Shown one piece after another: positions 28,153-37,894 of a DNA stretch of 64,000 nucleotides. The first letter of the stretch is position 1. Each line of letters opens with the position of its first letter. A program made the translations under genes and the position numbers. The stretch covers positions 352,001 through 416,000 of the forward strand of contig OZ255842.1 in the NCBI GenBank assembly GCA_965277805.1. The letters are read 5' to 3'. The notes below the pieces were generated by a model, which was given only the letters and a program-made list of their open reading frames with translations, was not told the DNA's origin and did not search any database. Origin of the DNA: Candidatus Lustribacter sp. (GTDB lineage: Bacteria > Vulcanimicrobiota > Vulcanimicrobiia > Vulcanimicrobiales > Vulcanimicrobiaceae).

Positions 28153-29297
28153 GGCGCCGCGTCCGTCCATACGCCGTTTTGGGGCACGATCATGTGGACC
28201 GCGTCGAGCGATTGGCCGTTATGATCCGCCGGCGAAAACTTGAACGTCGATTGAGTTGCCGGGATCGGCACGCCTTTCTCCAGCCAGTCGGAAAGGCTCT
28301 TGCCGTCGGTCTTTAGGCCGGTTCCCTTCAACGCGGCGACGATGATCTGCGTTGCGTCCCAGGCCTGAAGCGCAAACGTTACCGCCGGCACTTTGTAGGT
28401 TGCATCGTAGAGGCTGACAAAGGCTTTTTGGTTGGGGTTCTGTTGCGACTTCGATACGGAACCGGCTGCATAAACGCCGGCGGATGCCGGACCGGCAATT
28501 TTTAGGAAGGCCTCTGAGTCGACCCCGCCCGATGCGAGGATCGGCTTGGTGTAGCCAAGAGTGCGAATCGCTTTAGTCACGAGGGCCGGCGTGGTCGTTG
28601 CGCCCCATAACACGATGGCATCGGGATTGAGCGCCATCAGTTTCTGGATCTGCGGCGTGAAGTCGGTCGCGTCACTTGCGTACGCCTCGTTGCCGAGGAC
28701 GCCTATGCCGAGCGTCCCGGCCACACCGGTAACGATCTCGGCGCCGTTCGTGCCGAAGAAGTTCGCGTCGTGAATGAACGCGATTTTCTTCACGCCGAGT
28801 TTTCGTTTGCCGTACGTGAGCAGAGCGCGGCCTTCGAGTTCGTCGCTGGCCTGCGCCTCGAAGATCGTCTTCACGACCGCGCCGTTCTTGCTTTTCCACG
28901 TCGACACGGTTGGGGTGAGGATCACTTGCAAGACGCCGGCTTGCGCCGTGATGCGAGCGACGGCGTTGGTGGTGTCGACGCGCGTTCCGCAGATGATGGC
29001 AGCGACGCCGCTCGCGATTTGCTGAGTCGCAAGTTGCGAGGCGACATCCGCCTTTGCTTCATCATCGACGATGACGAAATGAATCGGCCGGCCGTTGACG
29101 CCCCCGTGCGAATTGATCTCCGTCTCTGCCAGCTTGAGGGCATTGACCTGCGGTTCGCCGAGCGGCGCCGACGGACCGGAGTAGGACAGGATCGCCCCGA
29201 TTTGGATCGGGTCGACCGCCCCGGCCGTACCCAATCCCGAGAAGCTGAGGATGGCAACCAAGACGGCGGTCACGACCGCCCGCGTCGCTGTAGTCAT
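28149..29297 (-). CDS. ABC transporter substrate-binding protein (LivJ/K-like)
   Basis: Signal peptide, IGAILSYSGP, INSHGGVNGRPI..VDDE, FKFSPADHNG. Confidence 0.9.
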   Translation of the reverse strand: MTTATRAVVTAVLVAILSFSGLGTAGAVDPIQIGAILSYSGPSAPLGEPQVNALKLAETEINSHGGVNGRPIHFVIVDDEAKADVASQLATQQIASGVAAIICGTRVDTTNAVARITAQAGVLQVILTPTVSTWKSKNGAVVKTIFEAQASDELEGRALLTYGKRKLGVKKIAFIHDANFFGTNGAEIVTGVAGTLGIGVLGNEAYASDATDFTPQIQKLMALNPDAIVLWGATTTPALVTKAIRTLGYTKPILASGGVDSEAFLKIAGPASAGVYAAGSVSKSQQNPNQKAFVSLYDATYKVPAVTFALQAWDATQIIVAALKGTGLKTDGKSLSDWLEKGVPIPATQSTFKFSPADHNGQSLDAVHMIVPQNGVWTDAAP

Positions 29298-29371
29298 CAG
29301 AGCGAGTCTCCCTATAGAAAGCTCGAAAAGTGTCTCCCGAGGGGGCCTCAAAGGCTGGAAGTTAGTTGCAT

Positions 29372-29386
29372 GTCAGGGCCCTTGAC
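29372..29386. promoter_or_regulatory. Palindromic operator GTCAGGG-C-CCTTGAC upstream of the SBP gene
   Basis: Matches 25929-25943 at 12 of 15 positions; directly downstream of the marR gene. Confidence 0.55.
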
Positions 29387-29393
29387 TCCCCCG

Positions 29394-29825
29394 TCATTCG
29401 ATCAAAATTTCGATCGTGCGCCGCAGTGCGACCAGGCGCGTCGCGCTGATTTTTTCATAGAATCGGCGCTCGCTCCGGTCGACGGCGAGATCGCACCCGC
29501 GTAAGACGGCGCGGCCTGCGCGCGTAAGCTTGATGCGCAGGATCCGCCGGTTCTCACCGTCGGCCGCGCGGGAAATGAGCTTCTTGCGCTCGAGTGCGTT
29601 GATGATCTCATTGGTCGCCTGTTTCGTGACGCTGGATCTCCGGGCTACGTCAGCCGAAGACATCCCGTCGACGTCCGAAACCATGCTGAGGATGGTGTAT
29701 TGGGCGAGAGTTACCCCGCGGAGCACCAGCGCTTCTTCAAGAAACTCGCGCACCGCGGTGTCCAGCCGCTTGACCAAATACGAAGTGCGTCGGTATTTAT
29801 GCGCTGGACGGCTGCGCGTCGTCAT
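29394..29825 (-). CDS. MarR family transcriptional regulator
   Basis: GVTLAQYTIL, SSADVAR...VTKQ, LERKKLISR, NRR...LTRAG. Confidence 0.9.
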   Translation of the reverse strand: MTTRSRPAHKYRRTSYLVKRLDTAVREFLEEALVLRGVTLAQYTILSMVSDVDGMSSADVARRSSVTKQATNEIINALERKKLISRAADGENRRILRIKLTRAGRAVLRGCDLAVDRSERRFYEKISATRLVALRRTIEILIE

Positions 29826-29832
29826 GGTTTTT

Positions 29833-30549
29833 TTAACTGGGACTACCCGAAACCAGACGCGCGAGCGCGAATGCGACGGCAGCGGCAACGCCGCCGATCG
29901 CGGCCGTCTCGATTGCGGAGCGCACGATCGGTGCCCCGGTGAATTTGCCTTTCAGCGCGCCGAAGACGACCAGCGCGAAGAACGTCACGATGATCGATCC
30001 CCACAGCGCCATTTGCGATTGCGGAACGAGCATGTAGGGCAGAAGCGGCAGCAAGCCCCCGATGACGTACGAGCCGCCGATGCGCGCGGCGCTCAGCGGT
30101 GCGCGCCGCGGGTCCGGTTTCTCCAAGCCCAATTCGAAGCGCATCATGAAGTCAACCCAGTGCCGCTTGTCGGCCGTCACCGTATCGACGAGTTGTCTGA
30201 GCGCATCGCCCTCGATGCCGTAGCCGGCGAAGATCGCCTCGATCTCGCGCCGTTCCTCGTCGGGAACATCGTTGGTCTCCGCGTATTCGCGGCGCCGTTC
30301 GCTCTCGTAGTGGTCGACGTCGGAGCGGGCGGCGAGGTAGCCCCCGAGTCCCATCGAGATGCCGCCGGCCGCTAGCTCCGCAATGCCCGCGGTGACGACG
30401 ATGTGCGAAGCCGCGATCGCGCCGCTGATTCCGGCCGCTAATGCGAACGGCACGGTAAGTCCGTCGGACATCCCGATGATAACGTCGCGCACGTCGTCGC
30501 TCGCATCGAAGTGATGCTCGTTGTGCGTCCGGCGAGCCGGCCGGCGCAT
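29833..30549 (-). CDS. VIT1/CCC1 family Fe2+/Mn2+ transporter
   Basis: VRDVIIGMSDGLTVPFALAAG, GISMGLGGYLA, FMMRFELG, GGLLPLLPY. Confidence 0.92.
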   Translation of the reverse strand: MRRPARRTHNEHHFDASDDVRDVIIGMSDGLTVPFALAAGISGAIAASHIVVTAGIAELAAGGISMGLGGYLAARSDVDHYESERRREYAETNDVPDEERREIEAIFAGYGIEGDALRQLVDTVTADKRHWVDFMMRFELGLEKPDPRRAPLSAARIGGSYVIGGLLPLLPYMLVPQSQMALWGSIIVTFFALVVFGALKGKFTGAPIVRSAIETAAIGGVAAAVAFALARLVSGSPS

Positions 30550-30638
30550 GCCGGTGCGTGACGGTGCCGTCTGAAAATCGGTCACGACGCTAGGTTGCCC
30601 GGGCCGGTACGCGTTCCTGTACGCCGAACGAAGTAGGC

Positions 30639-32309
30639 ATGCCTCATTTGATCGACGCCGGAATTCCCGCGGCTCCCGACATGGATGCGGTCGCCGGCCG
30701 CTACCGCGCCTTCGAGCAGGCACTGCAATCTGCATCGCCGGCGACGTGGCTCCCGACGTTTCGCGAATGGGACGATTTGCGCCGCGAACTCGATGCGTGG
30801 GCGGCGCTCACGCACGTACGCTTCACGCAGGACACGCGCGACGAGCAGGCGCGCGCGGCGCTCAAGCATCGTGATGAGTTGCTACCCGCGCTGACCGCAC
30901 TCGAAGTGGAAATGAAACGCCGTTTCGTCATCGAGCGCAGGCAACTCGCTCCGGAGCTGGGCGAGCACGCGTTCCGTCTGTGGGAAACCGATCTCTCGAC
31001 GTTCGACCCGGTGGTCGAGCCGGATCTCATCGCGGAGTCGAAGCTCAGGACGGAATATACGCAGCTGCTCTCCGGAATTTCGGTCGAGTTCGACGGCGAG
31101 ACGCTCAACCTCTCAGCACTGGCGCGTTACGCCAGCGATCCCGATCGTTCGCGCCGTCACGGAGCGGCTGCGGCGCGCTGGAACGCGATGAATGAAAACG
31201 GCGCGGAGCTCGACCGCATCTACGACGAACTCGTGCACTTGCGCGACGGCATTGCGCGCAAACTCGGCTTCCGCAGCTTCGTCGAACTCGGCTACGCGCG
31301 CATGCAGCGCGTCGACTACGACCGGGCAGCCGTCGAGCGGTATCGCGATGCGGTCGCGGCCGAGGTGGTGCCGCTGGCGAACGCGATCGCGCAGCGGGCG
31401 GCGAAACGGCACGGCGTCGCGCAGCTCGCGCTCTGGGACGAGCACTTGCTTGCGGCCGCGCCGGCCCCGCGTCCGCTCGGCGATGCGTCGTGGACCATGG
31501 CACGCACGATCGAAACGTTCACCGATCTCGACCCGCGCCTCGGTGACTTCGCGCGCATGATGGATGAGAACGAACTCACCGATCTCGTCGCGCGCACCGG
31601 CAAAGCCGGCGGCGGCTACTGCACGAACGTCGGCAATGGCGTCCCGTTCGTTTTCAGCAACTTCAACGGCACTAAGAGCGACATCGTCGTGCTGATGCAC
31701 GAGCTGGGCCACGCGTTCCAGAATTACAGTAGCCGCGACAAGTCCGTCGTCGACTACCTCGTTCCGACGATGGAGTCGGCCGAGATCCATTCGATGAGCC
31801 TCGAATATTTGAGCTGGCCGTTCATGGAGCGCTTCTTCGGTGACGGGGCGCAAACGTATCGCGAGGGACATCTCTCGGAGGGACTGCTGTTCTTGCCGTA
31901 TGGCGTCGCGGTGGATCACTTCCAGCATCTCGTGTATGAAAACCCGAACGCGACGCCGGCCGAACGCCACGCGATGTGGCAATTGATGGAACGCCGCTAC
32001 TTACCGTGGCGCACCTACGGCGATCTCGAACGACCCGCGTCTGGCGCGTTCTGGCAAACGCAGCAGCACATCTACCGCTCGCCGTTCTACTACATCGACT
32101 ACACGCTCGCGCTTTGCTGCGCGCTGCAGATGTGGGCGTCATCCTACGACGATCCGGCCGGCACGCTCGAACGCTACGTCGCGCTCTGCGCGCGCGGTGG
32201 CGAAGCAGCATTCCGCAACCTCGTCAGTGGCGCAGGCCTGACGAGCCCGTTCGAACCGGGCGCCCTCGCTCGCGTCGTTGCCCGCGCAAAAGACGTGCTT
32301 GCTATTTAG
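30639..32309 (+). CDS. M3 family oligoendopeptidase
   Basis: HELGHAFQ zinc motif, ESAEIHSMSLE, WQTQQHIY..PFYYIDY. Confidence 0.92.
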   Translation: MPHLIDAGIPAAPDMDAVAGRYRAFEQALQSASPATWLPTFREWDDLRRELDAWAALTHVRFTQDTRDEQARAALKHRDELLPALTALEVEMKRRFVIERRQLAPELGEHAFRLWETDLSTFDPVVEPDLIAESKLRTEYTQLLSGISVEFDGETLNLSALARYASDPDRSRRHGAAAARWNAMNENGAELDRIYDELVHLRDGIARKLGFRSFVELGYARMQRVDYDRAAVERYRDAVAAEVVPLANAIAQRAAKRHGVAQLALWDEHLLAAAPAPRPLGDASWTMARTIETFTDLDPRLGDFARMMDENELTDLVARTGKAGGGYCTNVGNGVPFVFSNFNGTKSDIVVLMHELGHAFQNYSSRDKSVVDYLVPTMESAEIHSMSLEYLSWPFMERFFGDGAQTYREGHLSEGLLFLPYGVAVDHFQHLVYENPNATPAERHAMWQLMERRYLPWRTYGDLERPASGAFWQTQQHIYRSPFYYIDYTLALCCALQMWASSYDDPAGTLERYVALCARGGEAAFRNLVSGAGLTSPFEPGALARVVARAKDVLAI

Positions 32310-32365
32310 CATGGTCCGGGTATCGCCCGTCGGGCCAGCGAAGGTTTGTGTATCGGAGGTGCCCC

Positions 32366-33562
32366 GTGACGAAAGTTGACAGCCGAACCGTGCGCCAAGC
32401 GCGCTTGACCTATGTCGACCGCGGGACGCCGATGGGCGAGTACCAGCGCCGCTTTTGGCAGCCGGTCGCGGCAACGATCGAGTTCGAGAAATGGCCCGTC
32501 AAGAAAGTCCGTCTGCTGGGCGAAGACCTGGCATTGTTCCGGACGGAGAACGGCACGCTTGGGCTCGTCGGCGATCGGTGCCCGCACCGCGGCGCATCGC
32601 TTTCGTGCGCGATGACCGACGGCGACGGTATCCGCTGCGCTTATCACGGCTGGCTCTATGACACGACCGGCGCCTGCGTAGACATGCCGACCGAACCCGC
32701 GACGAGCCGGCTCAAGAATCGTGTCAAGGTCGACGGTTATCCGGTTGAAGAGATGGGCGGACTCGTGTGGGCATATCTCGGCCCGCAACCGGCGCCGCTC
32801 TTACCGCGCTTCGAACATCTGGTTGCCGACGGCTGGAACCGCAGTACCGGCTTCACGTCGATCCCGTGCAACTGGCTGCAGATCGCCGAGAATACGCTCG
32901 ACCCGTTGCACGTCGAACAGCTGCACATGAAGTACACGAATTGGGTGCGAGCGCGCGCGGGAGAAGCGCCGGTCAAGGTGCGGCATCATGCGAAAGTCGA
33001 CTACCAGCTCTTCGAGTACGGGATTCTCAAGAAGCGGCTCTGGGAGGGCGATCCTAAAGACTCCGACGAGTGGCAGGTCGGCCACCCGCTGATCTTTCCG
33101 GGCACGCTGCTCTTTCCATACAACGCCGACTACGTGCAATACCAGTTTCGCGTGCCGGTCGATAATGAGAACACGATCGTCTACTGGTATCACGCGAAGC
33201 GCCCGCCTGCCGGCGAAGCGCCGACCGGCACTGTGCCCGTCTGGGACAATCCGTTCGCGTCACCCGACGGCGAGTTTCTGCGCGGGAACATCAACGCGCA
33301 AGACATGATGGTGTGGATCACGCAAGGCCCCATCACCGATCATTCCCGCGAACATCTGGGCGAGAACGACCGTGGCGTTGCGCTGTATCGGAAAACACTC
33401 CTCGAGCAGGTGGCGTGCGTCGAACGCGGCGAGGATCCGCTGGGCGTCATTCGCGATCCGGCCAAAAACACGCCGTACGTTCGGATGCCGATCGAACGGC
33501 ACGTCGGCTACGACCTTAGCGCAGCGAATATGCGCAAGCACGCATTCAGCGAATCACGGTGA
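32366..33562 (+). CDS. Second Rieske non-heme iron oxygenase (LigX/phthalate dioxygenase-like)
   Basis: GTPMGEYQRRFWQP, CPHR...CAYHGW, ENTLDPLHVEQLH, AQDMMVW, EHLGENDRG; GGAGGT RBS before GTG. Confidence 0.9.
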   Translation: MTKVDSRTVRQARLTYVDRGTPMGEYQRRFWQPVAATIEFEKWPVKKVRLLGEDLALFRTENGTLGLVGDRCPHRGASLSCAMTDGDGIRCAYHGWLYDTTGACVDMPTEPATSRLKNRVKVDGYPVEEMGGLVWAYLGPQPAPLLPRFEHLVADGWNRSTGFTSIPCNWLQIAENTLDPLHVEQLHMKYTNWVRARAGEAPVKVRHHAKVDYQLFEYGILKKRLWEGDPKDSDEWQVGHPLIFPGTLLFPYNADYVQYQFRVPVDNENTIVYWYHAKRPPAGEAPTGTVPVWDNPFASPDGEFLRGNINAQDMMVWITQGPITDHSREHLGENDRGVALYRKTLLEQVACVERGEDPLGVIRDPAKNTPYVRMPIERHVGYDLSAANMRKHAFSESR

Positions 33563-34502
33563 CGATCTCGGCGGCTTTGATCGGCCGCTTGATTAGACCG
33601 TAGGTTGCTGCAACGTCGAGCAAGGGCTGGATGTCGCGCAGGTCGAGCGATGTCGCGTAAGCGGTTCGGGTCATCGCCCGCGCGGTCGCGTCATCGAGTT
33701 TCGCGTATTTTGCGATGATCGGTCCGGATTCGTTGTGGTGGGTGTTCGCCCAGCGGGCAATGGTGTACGCGACGTCGACGAGCCGCCGGGCGGTATCGGG
33801 ATTAGCGCTGAGAAAATCGGGCGATGCGATCCAGCCGGTCTGGTAGAACGCCGGCGCGATCGCATCGAACACGTTCCCGACGGCAAGCTCGCCCGCGAGT
33901 TTTGCCGCGGTAAAGAAGGGCTCCGCGATTACTGCGCCGTCGATCGTCCCGCGTTCGAGTGAGATCGCCATTTGGGCGAACGGGATCTCGACGATCTTGA
34001 TGTTGGCGATGCTCACGCCCGAACGCGTGAGCCAGGCGCGCGTCGCCGCGTCACTGAGGCCATGCAGCGTCGAGACGGCGATCGTCTTCCCGGCAAAGTC
34101 GCGCGGCGCGCGCAGCGGCGACGCCTTTGCCACGCAGAGCATTGCCGTGGGCGTTGCGGTGGCGAAGAGCGAACCGGCAGCGAACATCGTGATCGGGACA
34201 CCCTCTTCGACCGCCGCGCCGGTTCCGACGACGTCGTAGATGCCCACGTCTACTGCGTGGGCGGCAACGGCTGTGCCCACGGCGCCGGAGTTCGTAAAGA
34301 CCGACAGTTCGACGTTCAAGCCGGCTCGTCTGAACAGTCCCGCCTCTTGCCCGTAGAACGGCTCGCCGAAGATATCGCTCGAAATCGTTGCGATTCGCAC
34401 GGTCGGCGCCGGCGTCTGCGCGGTGGCCGGCCGCGTCATCGCACCTAGCGCGAGCATCCCAACGGTTGCCTTGATGCCGGCGCGGCGAGAGATGTTGTTC
34501 AT
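33546..34502 (-). CDS. NitT/TauT-type ABC substrate-binding protein with Tat-like signal
   Basis: ISRRAG N-terminus, GLFRRAGLNVE, GKTIAV, IDGAVIAEPF. Confidence 0.85.
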   Translation of the reverse strand: MNNISRRAGIKATVGMLALGAMTRPATAQTPAPTVRIATISSDIFGEPFYGQEAGLFRRAGLNVELSVFTNSGAVGTAVAAHAVDVGIYDVVGTGAAVEEGVPITMFAAGSLFATATPTAMLCVAKASPLRAPRDFAGKTIAVSTLHGLSDAATRAWLTRSGVSIANIKIVEIPFAQMAISLERGTIDGAVIAEPFFTAAKLAGELAVGNVFDAIAPAFYQTGWIASPDFLSANPDTARRLVDVAYTIARWANTHHNESGPIIAKYAKLDDATARAMTRTAYATSLDLRDIQPLLDVAATYGLIKRPIKAAEIVTVIR

Positions 34503-34593
34503 GGTCTCATCACGCTCCGTTAAAACGTTACGAGTAAAACGCTCAGGGTTTTCTCAGAGAAGGGCCGGCCAAAAATCCGAGAAACCTCGACGC

Positions 34594-35163
34594 ATGATTC
34601 GTTTGACGCTCACTGTCGCGGCCTTGCTTCTGTCGCTAAGCGTGCCAGTGTCGGCAGCTGATTTCGTGCTCGACAAGCCGCATACGCAGGCAGAATTCGT
34701 CGCCGTTCACTTGGCGGTAAGCCAGGTTCACGGTCAAATTCCGCTGGTATCGGGCACGGCGACGATCGGTCCGAACGATCTGCCGACAGCCCTCAACGCG
34801 ACGTTCGACGTCACGGCGGTCGCAACGAACGATGCTAACCGCGACAAATCGCTGCGCGACAGCTACTTCGAAGCGACGAAGTATCCGACGATCACATTCG
34901 TCGAAACGCAAGCCAAAGGAACGCCGGCGGCTTTCACGCTGACCGGCAATTTGACGATCCACGGCGTCACGAAGCCGGTCACGCTGAAATCTTCGATGGT
35001 CGGCAGTGCCGTAATCAAGGGGAAGAAGCAGATCGGCTACACCGGCACGACGACGATCGACCGCCGCGATTTCGGCATGACCTTCGGCCCGCTGCTCGAC
35101 GGCTCGCTGATCGTCGGCTACCCGGTCACGATCAACATCGAAACCGACGCGATCGAAGAGTAG
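34594..35163 (+). CDS. YceI family protein
   Basis: Signal peptide, LDKPHTQAEF, RDKSLR..YFEATKYPTITF, GNLTIHGVTKPV, IDRRDFG. Confidence 0.92.
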   Translation: MIRLTLTVAALLLSLSVPVSAADFVLDKPHTQAEFVAVHLAVSQVHGQIPLVSGTATIGPNDLPTALNATFDVTAVATNDANRDKSLRDSYFEATKYPTITFVETQAKGTPAAFTLTGNLTIHGVTKPVTLKSSMVGSAVIKGKKQIGYTGTTTIDRRDFGMTFGPLLDGSLIVGYPVTINIETDAIEE

Positions 35164-35166
35164 AGT

Positions 35167-35673
35167 TCACGGCGGGGAGAGATTCTGTAAGTCCACCGCG
35201 CTCACGTTGCGGATCCAGCGTGCTTGGCGCTTCTCAAAGGGAACGATCAGGCGATAGGGACCGGCGTCCTTGAACGGTGCGCCATCGACTTGATCCGCGA
35301 TCACCGCCACGTGATCGGTGTACGACGGATCGAGTTCGGCCAGCGTGAAGAGCACGTGGTAGCCGTCGGATGCGCTGATCAGGATGTAGCTGAGCATCGC
35401 GAGCGCGCGCACGTTCTCGCCGGTCGGCGCGCCTTGCTTAACCAACAGATCGTGAAGCGAGACGCCCGTGTACTTGTTCGTGTGGCCGGCTTCGTCGGTG
35501 GCGGGAATCGTGATGCGCGGTAAACCGGCCAACGTCGTCGCGTTGATGAGCACGTGGAACGGCGCGGGGGACGGGGCCGGAGTCCGCTTTGGCGGCGCAG
35601 ATGTCTGCGCCGCGGCGGCGGACCAACTCGCGAACGCGAGTGCGAGGGCGAGGACCGCGGCCTTGCGTGTCAC
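35167..35673 (-). CDS. Small exported molybdopterin-oxidoreductase-domain protein
   Basis: YTGVSLHDLL, ASDGY, GPYRLIVP...ARWIRNV; co-oriented with modA. Confidence 0.75.
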   Translation of the reverse strand: MTRKAAVLALALAFASWSAAAAQTSAPPKRTPAPSPAPFHVLINATTLAGLPRITIPATDEAGHTNKYTGVSLHDLLVKQGAPTGENVRALAMLSYILISASDGYHVLFTLAELDPSYTDHVAVIADQVDGAPFKDAGPYRLIVPFEKRQARWIRNVSAVDLQNLSPP

Positions 35674-36464
35674 GAGGGTGAGATGAAGCCCTGCGCTTTG
35701 AGAAATGCTTGCCCGTCGGGCGAGAGGATGTAGTCGACGAACGCTTGCGCGCCCTTAGCATCCGGTGCGTTTTTCAGCGTCGCGATCGGGTACTCGATGT
35801 CGGGTGCAAACGACGACGGGAACGGCAGCACGTTGAGCTTCGGCGCGACGGATGACGTCACGTCGGTGCTGTACACGACGCCGGCATCGCCCTCGCCGAG
35901 CGCGATCTTCGTGACGACCGCTTTCACGTCGAGTTCGTTCGAGACGACGTTCTTCTCAACCGAGGCCGGGAAGTCGGCCGGATATCCCGGCGTGTTGCTC
36001 ATCTTGCCGAACGTCGCGCGCGCGTAGCCGCCGACCGGAACGGTTGCCGCAGCCAGCACGACCTTGGTGCCCGGTTTCGCTAAATCGGCCGGGCTCGTAA
36101 ACTTCATCGAACCGCTTTTGGGCGAAATCAGCACGAGGCGGTTCTTGGCGAACGTCTTTTGCGCGCCGCCGAGGAGGCCCGCGTCGCTGACGACTTTCAT
36201 TTGCGCGAGGTTCGCGGACGCGAATAAGTCGGCCGGTGCGCCTTGTTTGATCTGCGTCGCCAGCGTGTCCGAACCGCCGAAGTTGAACGTCACCGCGATA
36301 CCGGTTTTCTTGGTGAAGGCGGAGCCCGCGGCGTTGTAGGCTTCGGTCAACGATGCCGCGGCGAACACGATGATTTTCTCTTGGCTCTGCGCCTGTGCAG
36401 ATGATGAGAGGGCTGCGCCCGACAAAATCGCGGCGAGCGCGAGGCAAAATAGCGAACGTATCAT
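35670..36464 (-). CDS. modA: Molybdate ABC substrate-binding protein
   Basis: VFAAASL, NFGGS..LATQI..GAPADLFASA, VPVGGYA, GEGDAGVVYSTD. Confidence 0.92.
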   Translation of the reverse strand: MIRSLFCLALAAILSGAALSSSAQAQSQEKIIVFAAASLTEAYNAAGSAFTKKTGIAVTFNFGGSDTLATQIKQGAPADLFASANLAQMKVVSDAGLLGGAQKTFAKNRLVLISPKSGSMKFTSPADLAKPGTKVVLAAATVPVGGYARATFGKMSNTPGYPADFPASVEKNVVSNELDVKAVVTKIALGEGDAGVVYSTDVTSSVAPKLNVLPFPSSFAPDIEYPIATLKNAPDAKGAQAFVDYILSPDGQAFLKAQGFISPS

Positions 36465-36488
36465 GCCCAGCCATTCCGGGAGGCATTG

Positions 36489-36512
36489 CGCTATATCCTA
36501 CTAAACCGAACG
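36489..36512. promoter_or_regulatory. Degenerate ModE box
   Basis: CGCTATAT-N8-ACCGAACG, about 25 bp upstream of the modA start. Confidence 0.6.
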
Positions 36513-36570
36513 GTTCAAGGGGACACAACGCCGGGGGCCGGTCGGGCCTCCTGGCGTATCTAGGCGGGCG

Positions 36571-36942
36571 ATGGCACGCATATCGTTGCGTCTGGGTTTT
36601 GCCGGCGATCACGCGCTCGGGCCCGGCAAGATCCGGCTTCTGGAACTCATCGGTGAGACCGGTTCAATTTCGGCGGCCGGCCGCGCAATGAAGATGTCGT
36701 ACCGCCGGGCCTGGATGCTGGTGGACGAGCTCAACCACATGTTCCGCGAGGTGCTGGTGGAGGCGCGACCGGGCGGTGCCCGCGGGGGCGGTGCACGCCT
36801 GACCGAAATCGGCACCGATGTCGTGCGGCGCTACCGCGCGATCGAGTCGAACATCGAGAGCGACTCGAACGCGAACATCGCCGCGCTCGAGCAGCTGATC
36901 ACGACGAAACCGCGCGTCAAGCCGGACGCTAAAGGGAACTGA
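36571..36942 (+). CDS. modE: ModE-family winged-helix regulator (no TOBE/Mop domain)
   Basis: LGPGKIRLLELIGETGSISAAGRAMKMSYRRAW...GGARLT. Confidence 0.88.
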   Translation: MARISLRLGFAGDHALGPGKIRLLELIGETGSISAAGRAMKMSYRRAWMLVDELNHMFREVLVEARPGGARGGGARLTEIGTDVVRRYRAIESNIESDSNANIAALEQLITTKPRVKPDAKGN

Positions 36943-37759
36943 AACCGTACCGCTGCAGAATCGACTGCCCGGCCGGTGAGAGAATGAACGCGCGCAACGT
37001 TGCGGCCGCCGGCGGAGCGCCGGTGCGCACGGTGAGCCCGTAATTCGCGCTGACCGCGAGATCGGCGGGCATGTCGAGCGAACGCAACGCGCCCGCGCTC
37101 TGGGCGATCGTGGCGACGAATCCCGAACAGTACGCGAGAAACGCATCGCCGCGGTTTACCGTCAGCAGCAGATAGACGCCGATGTCTGCGCCGGCCGGAA
37201 TCCTTACCGCGTCGGTGCCGCCGATCAAGCGTAGCGCTTTCGCATCGAGCACGGCCAAACTGCCCGGCCGTTGCGCGTCGACCTTGCCGAAGATCGTTTC
37301 GGCGTAGTCGCCGGCCGGATCGGCTTTCGGCGTCGAGGTGATGAGCCGCACCGCCGGATCGAGCATGATCGCGGCCGGGGCGCGTGTTCCGGCCACAGCC
37401 GTTTTCACGGCCAGACACATCCGGTTGCGCGTGAACACCGTCACCGGACCGCCTTTGCCTTCACGCGCCAACCGTTCCGGACTCGATGTGTCGGCGGATG
37501 CAAACACATCGGCGACTTCGCCGTTCTCGATGCGTTGCCGCAGCAAGCCCGACGAGCCGTACGTTTGATCAACCACGATCCCCGTTGACGCGGTGAACGC
37601 TTTCGCGATGTCGGCCATCGCCTCGTGCAAACTGCCGGCCGCATAGAGCGAGACGTGCTGCGGAGTCTGCGCCGCCGCCGGTGCCATCGCACCGATCACA
37701 AAGGCAAGTACCACTGTCACCGCCGGGAGGCGGTCATGACGTCGAGCAGGGTTGCGCAT
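36929..37759 (-). CDS. Second ModA-like oxyanion-binding protein
   Basis: YAAGSL, GSSGLLRQRIENGE.ADVFASA, TSTPKADPAGDYA, LAVSANYGL. Confidence 0.85.
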   Translation of the reverse strand: MRNPARRHDRLPAVTVVLAFVIGAMAPAAAQTPQHVSLYAAGSLHEAMADIAKAFTASTGIVVDQTYGSSGLLRQRIENGEVADVFASADTSSPERLAREGKGGPVTVFTRNRMCLAVKTAVAGTRAPAAIMLDPAVRLITSTPKADPAGDYAETIFGKVDAQRPGSLAVLDAKALRLIGGTDAVRIPAGADIGVYLLLTVNRGDAFLAYCSGFVATIAQSAGALRSLDMPADLAVSANYGLTVRTGAPPAAATLRAFILSPAGQSILQRYGFSSL

Positions 37760-37789
37760 CCGGTGGGTGGGCCTCGCAGTTCGGCAGAT

Positions 37790-37813
37790 CGTTATGTTTA
37801 ATTAGATATAACG
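37790..37813. promoter_or_regulatory. ModE box
   Basis: Minus strand CGTTATAT-CTAATTAA-ACATAACG, matching the ModE consensus, about 30 bp upstream of the second modA. Confidence 0.85.
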
Positions 37814-37851
37814 TGGCGACTGCGCCGGCTCCTCCGCGCCGGCAGGTTGTA

Positions 37852-37894
37852 TTGACATCGAACGATACAGCCGCTAATATCGAAAAATGTCGAT
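37852..37894 (+). promoter_or_regulatory. Sigma-70 promoter and ArsR-type operator of the ars operon
   Basis: TTGACA(37852)-N17-TAATAT(37875); IR ATCGA-N6-TCGAT at 37879-37894 covering the start codon. Confidence 0.75.
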
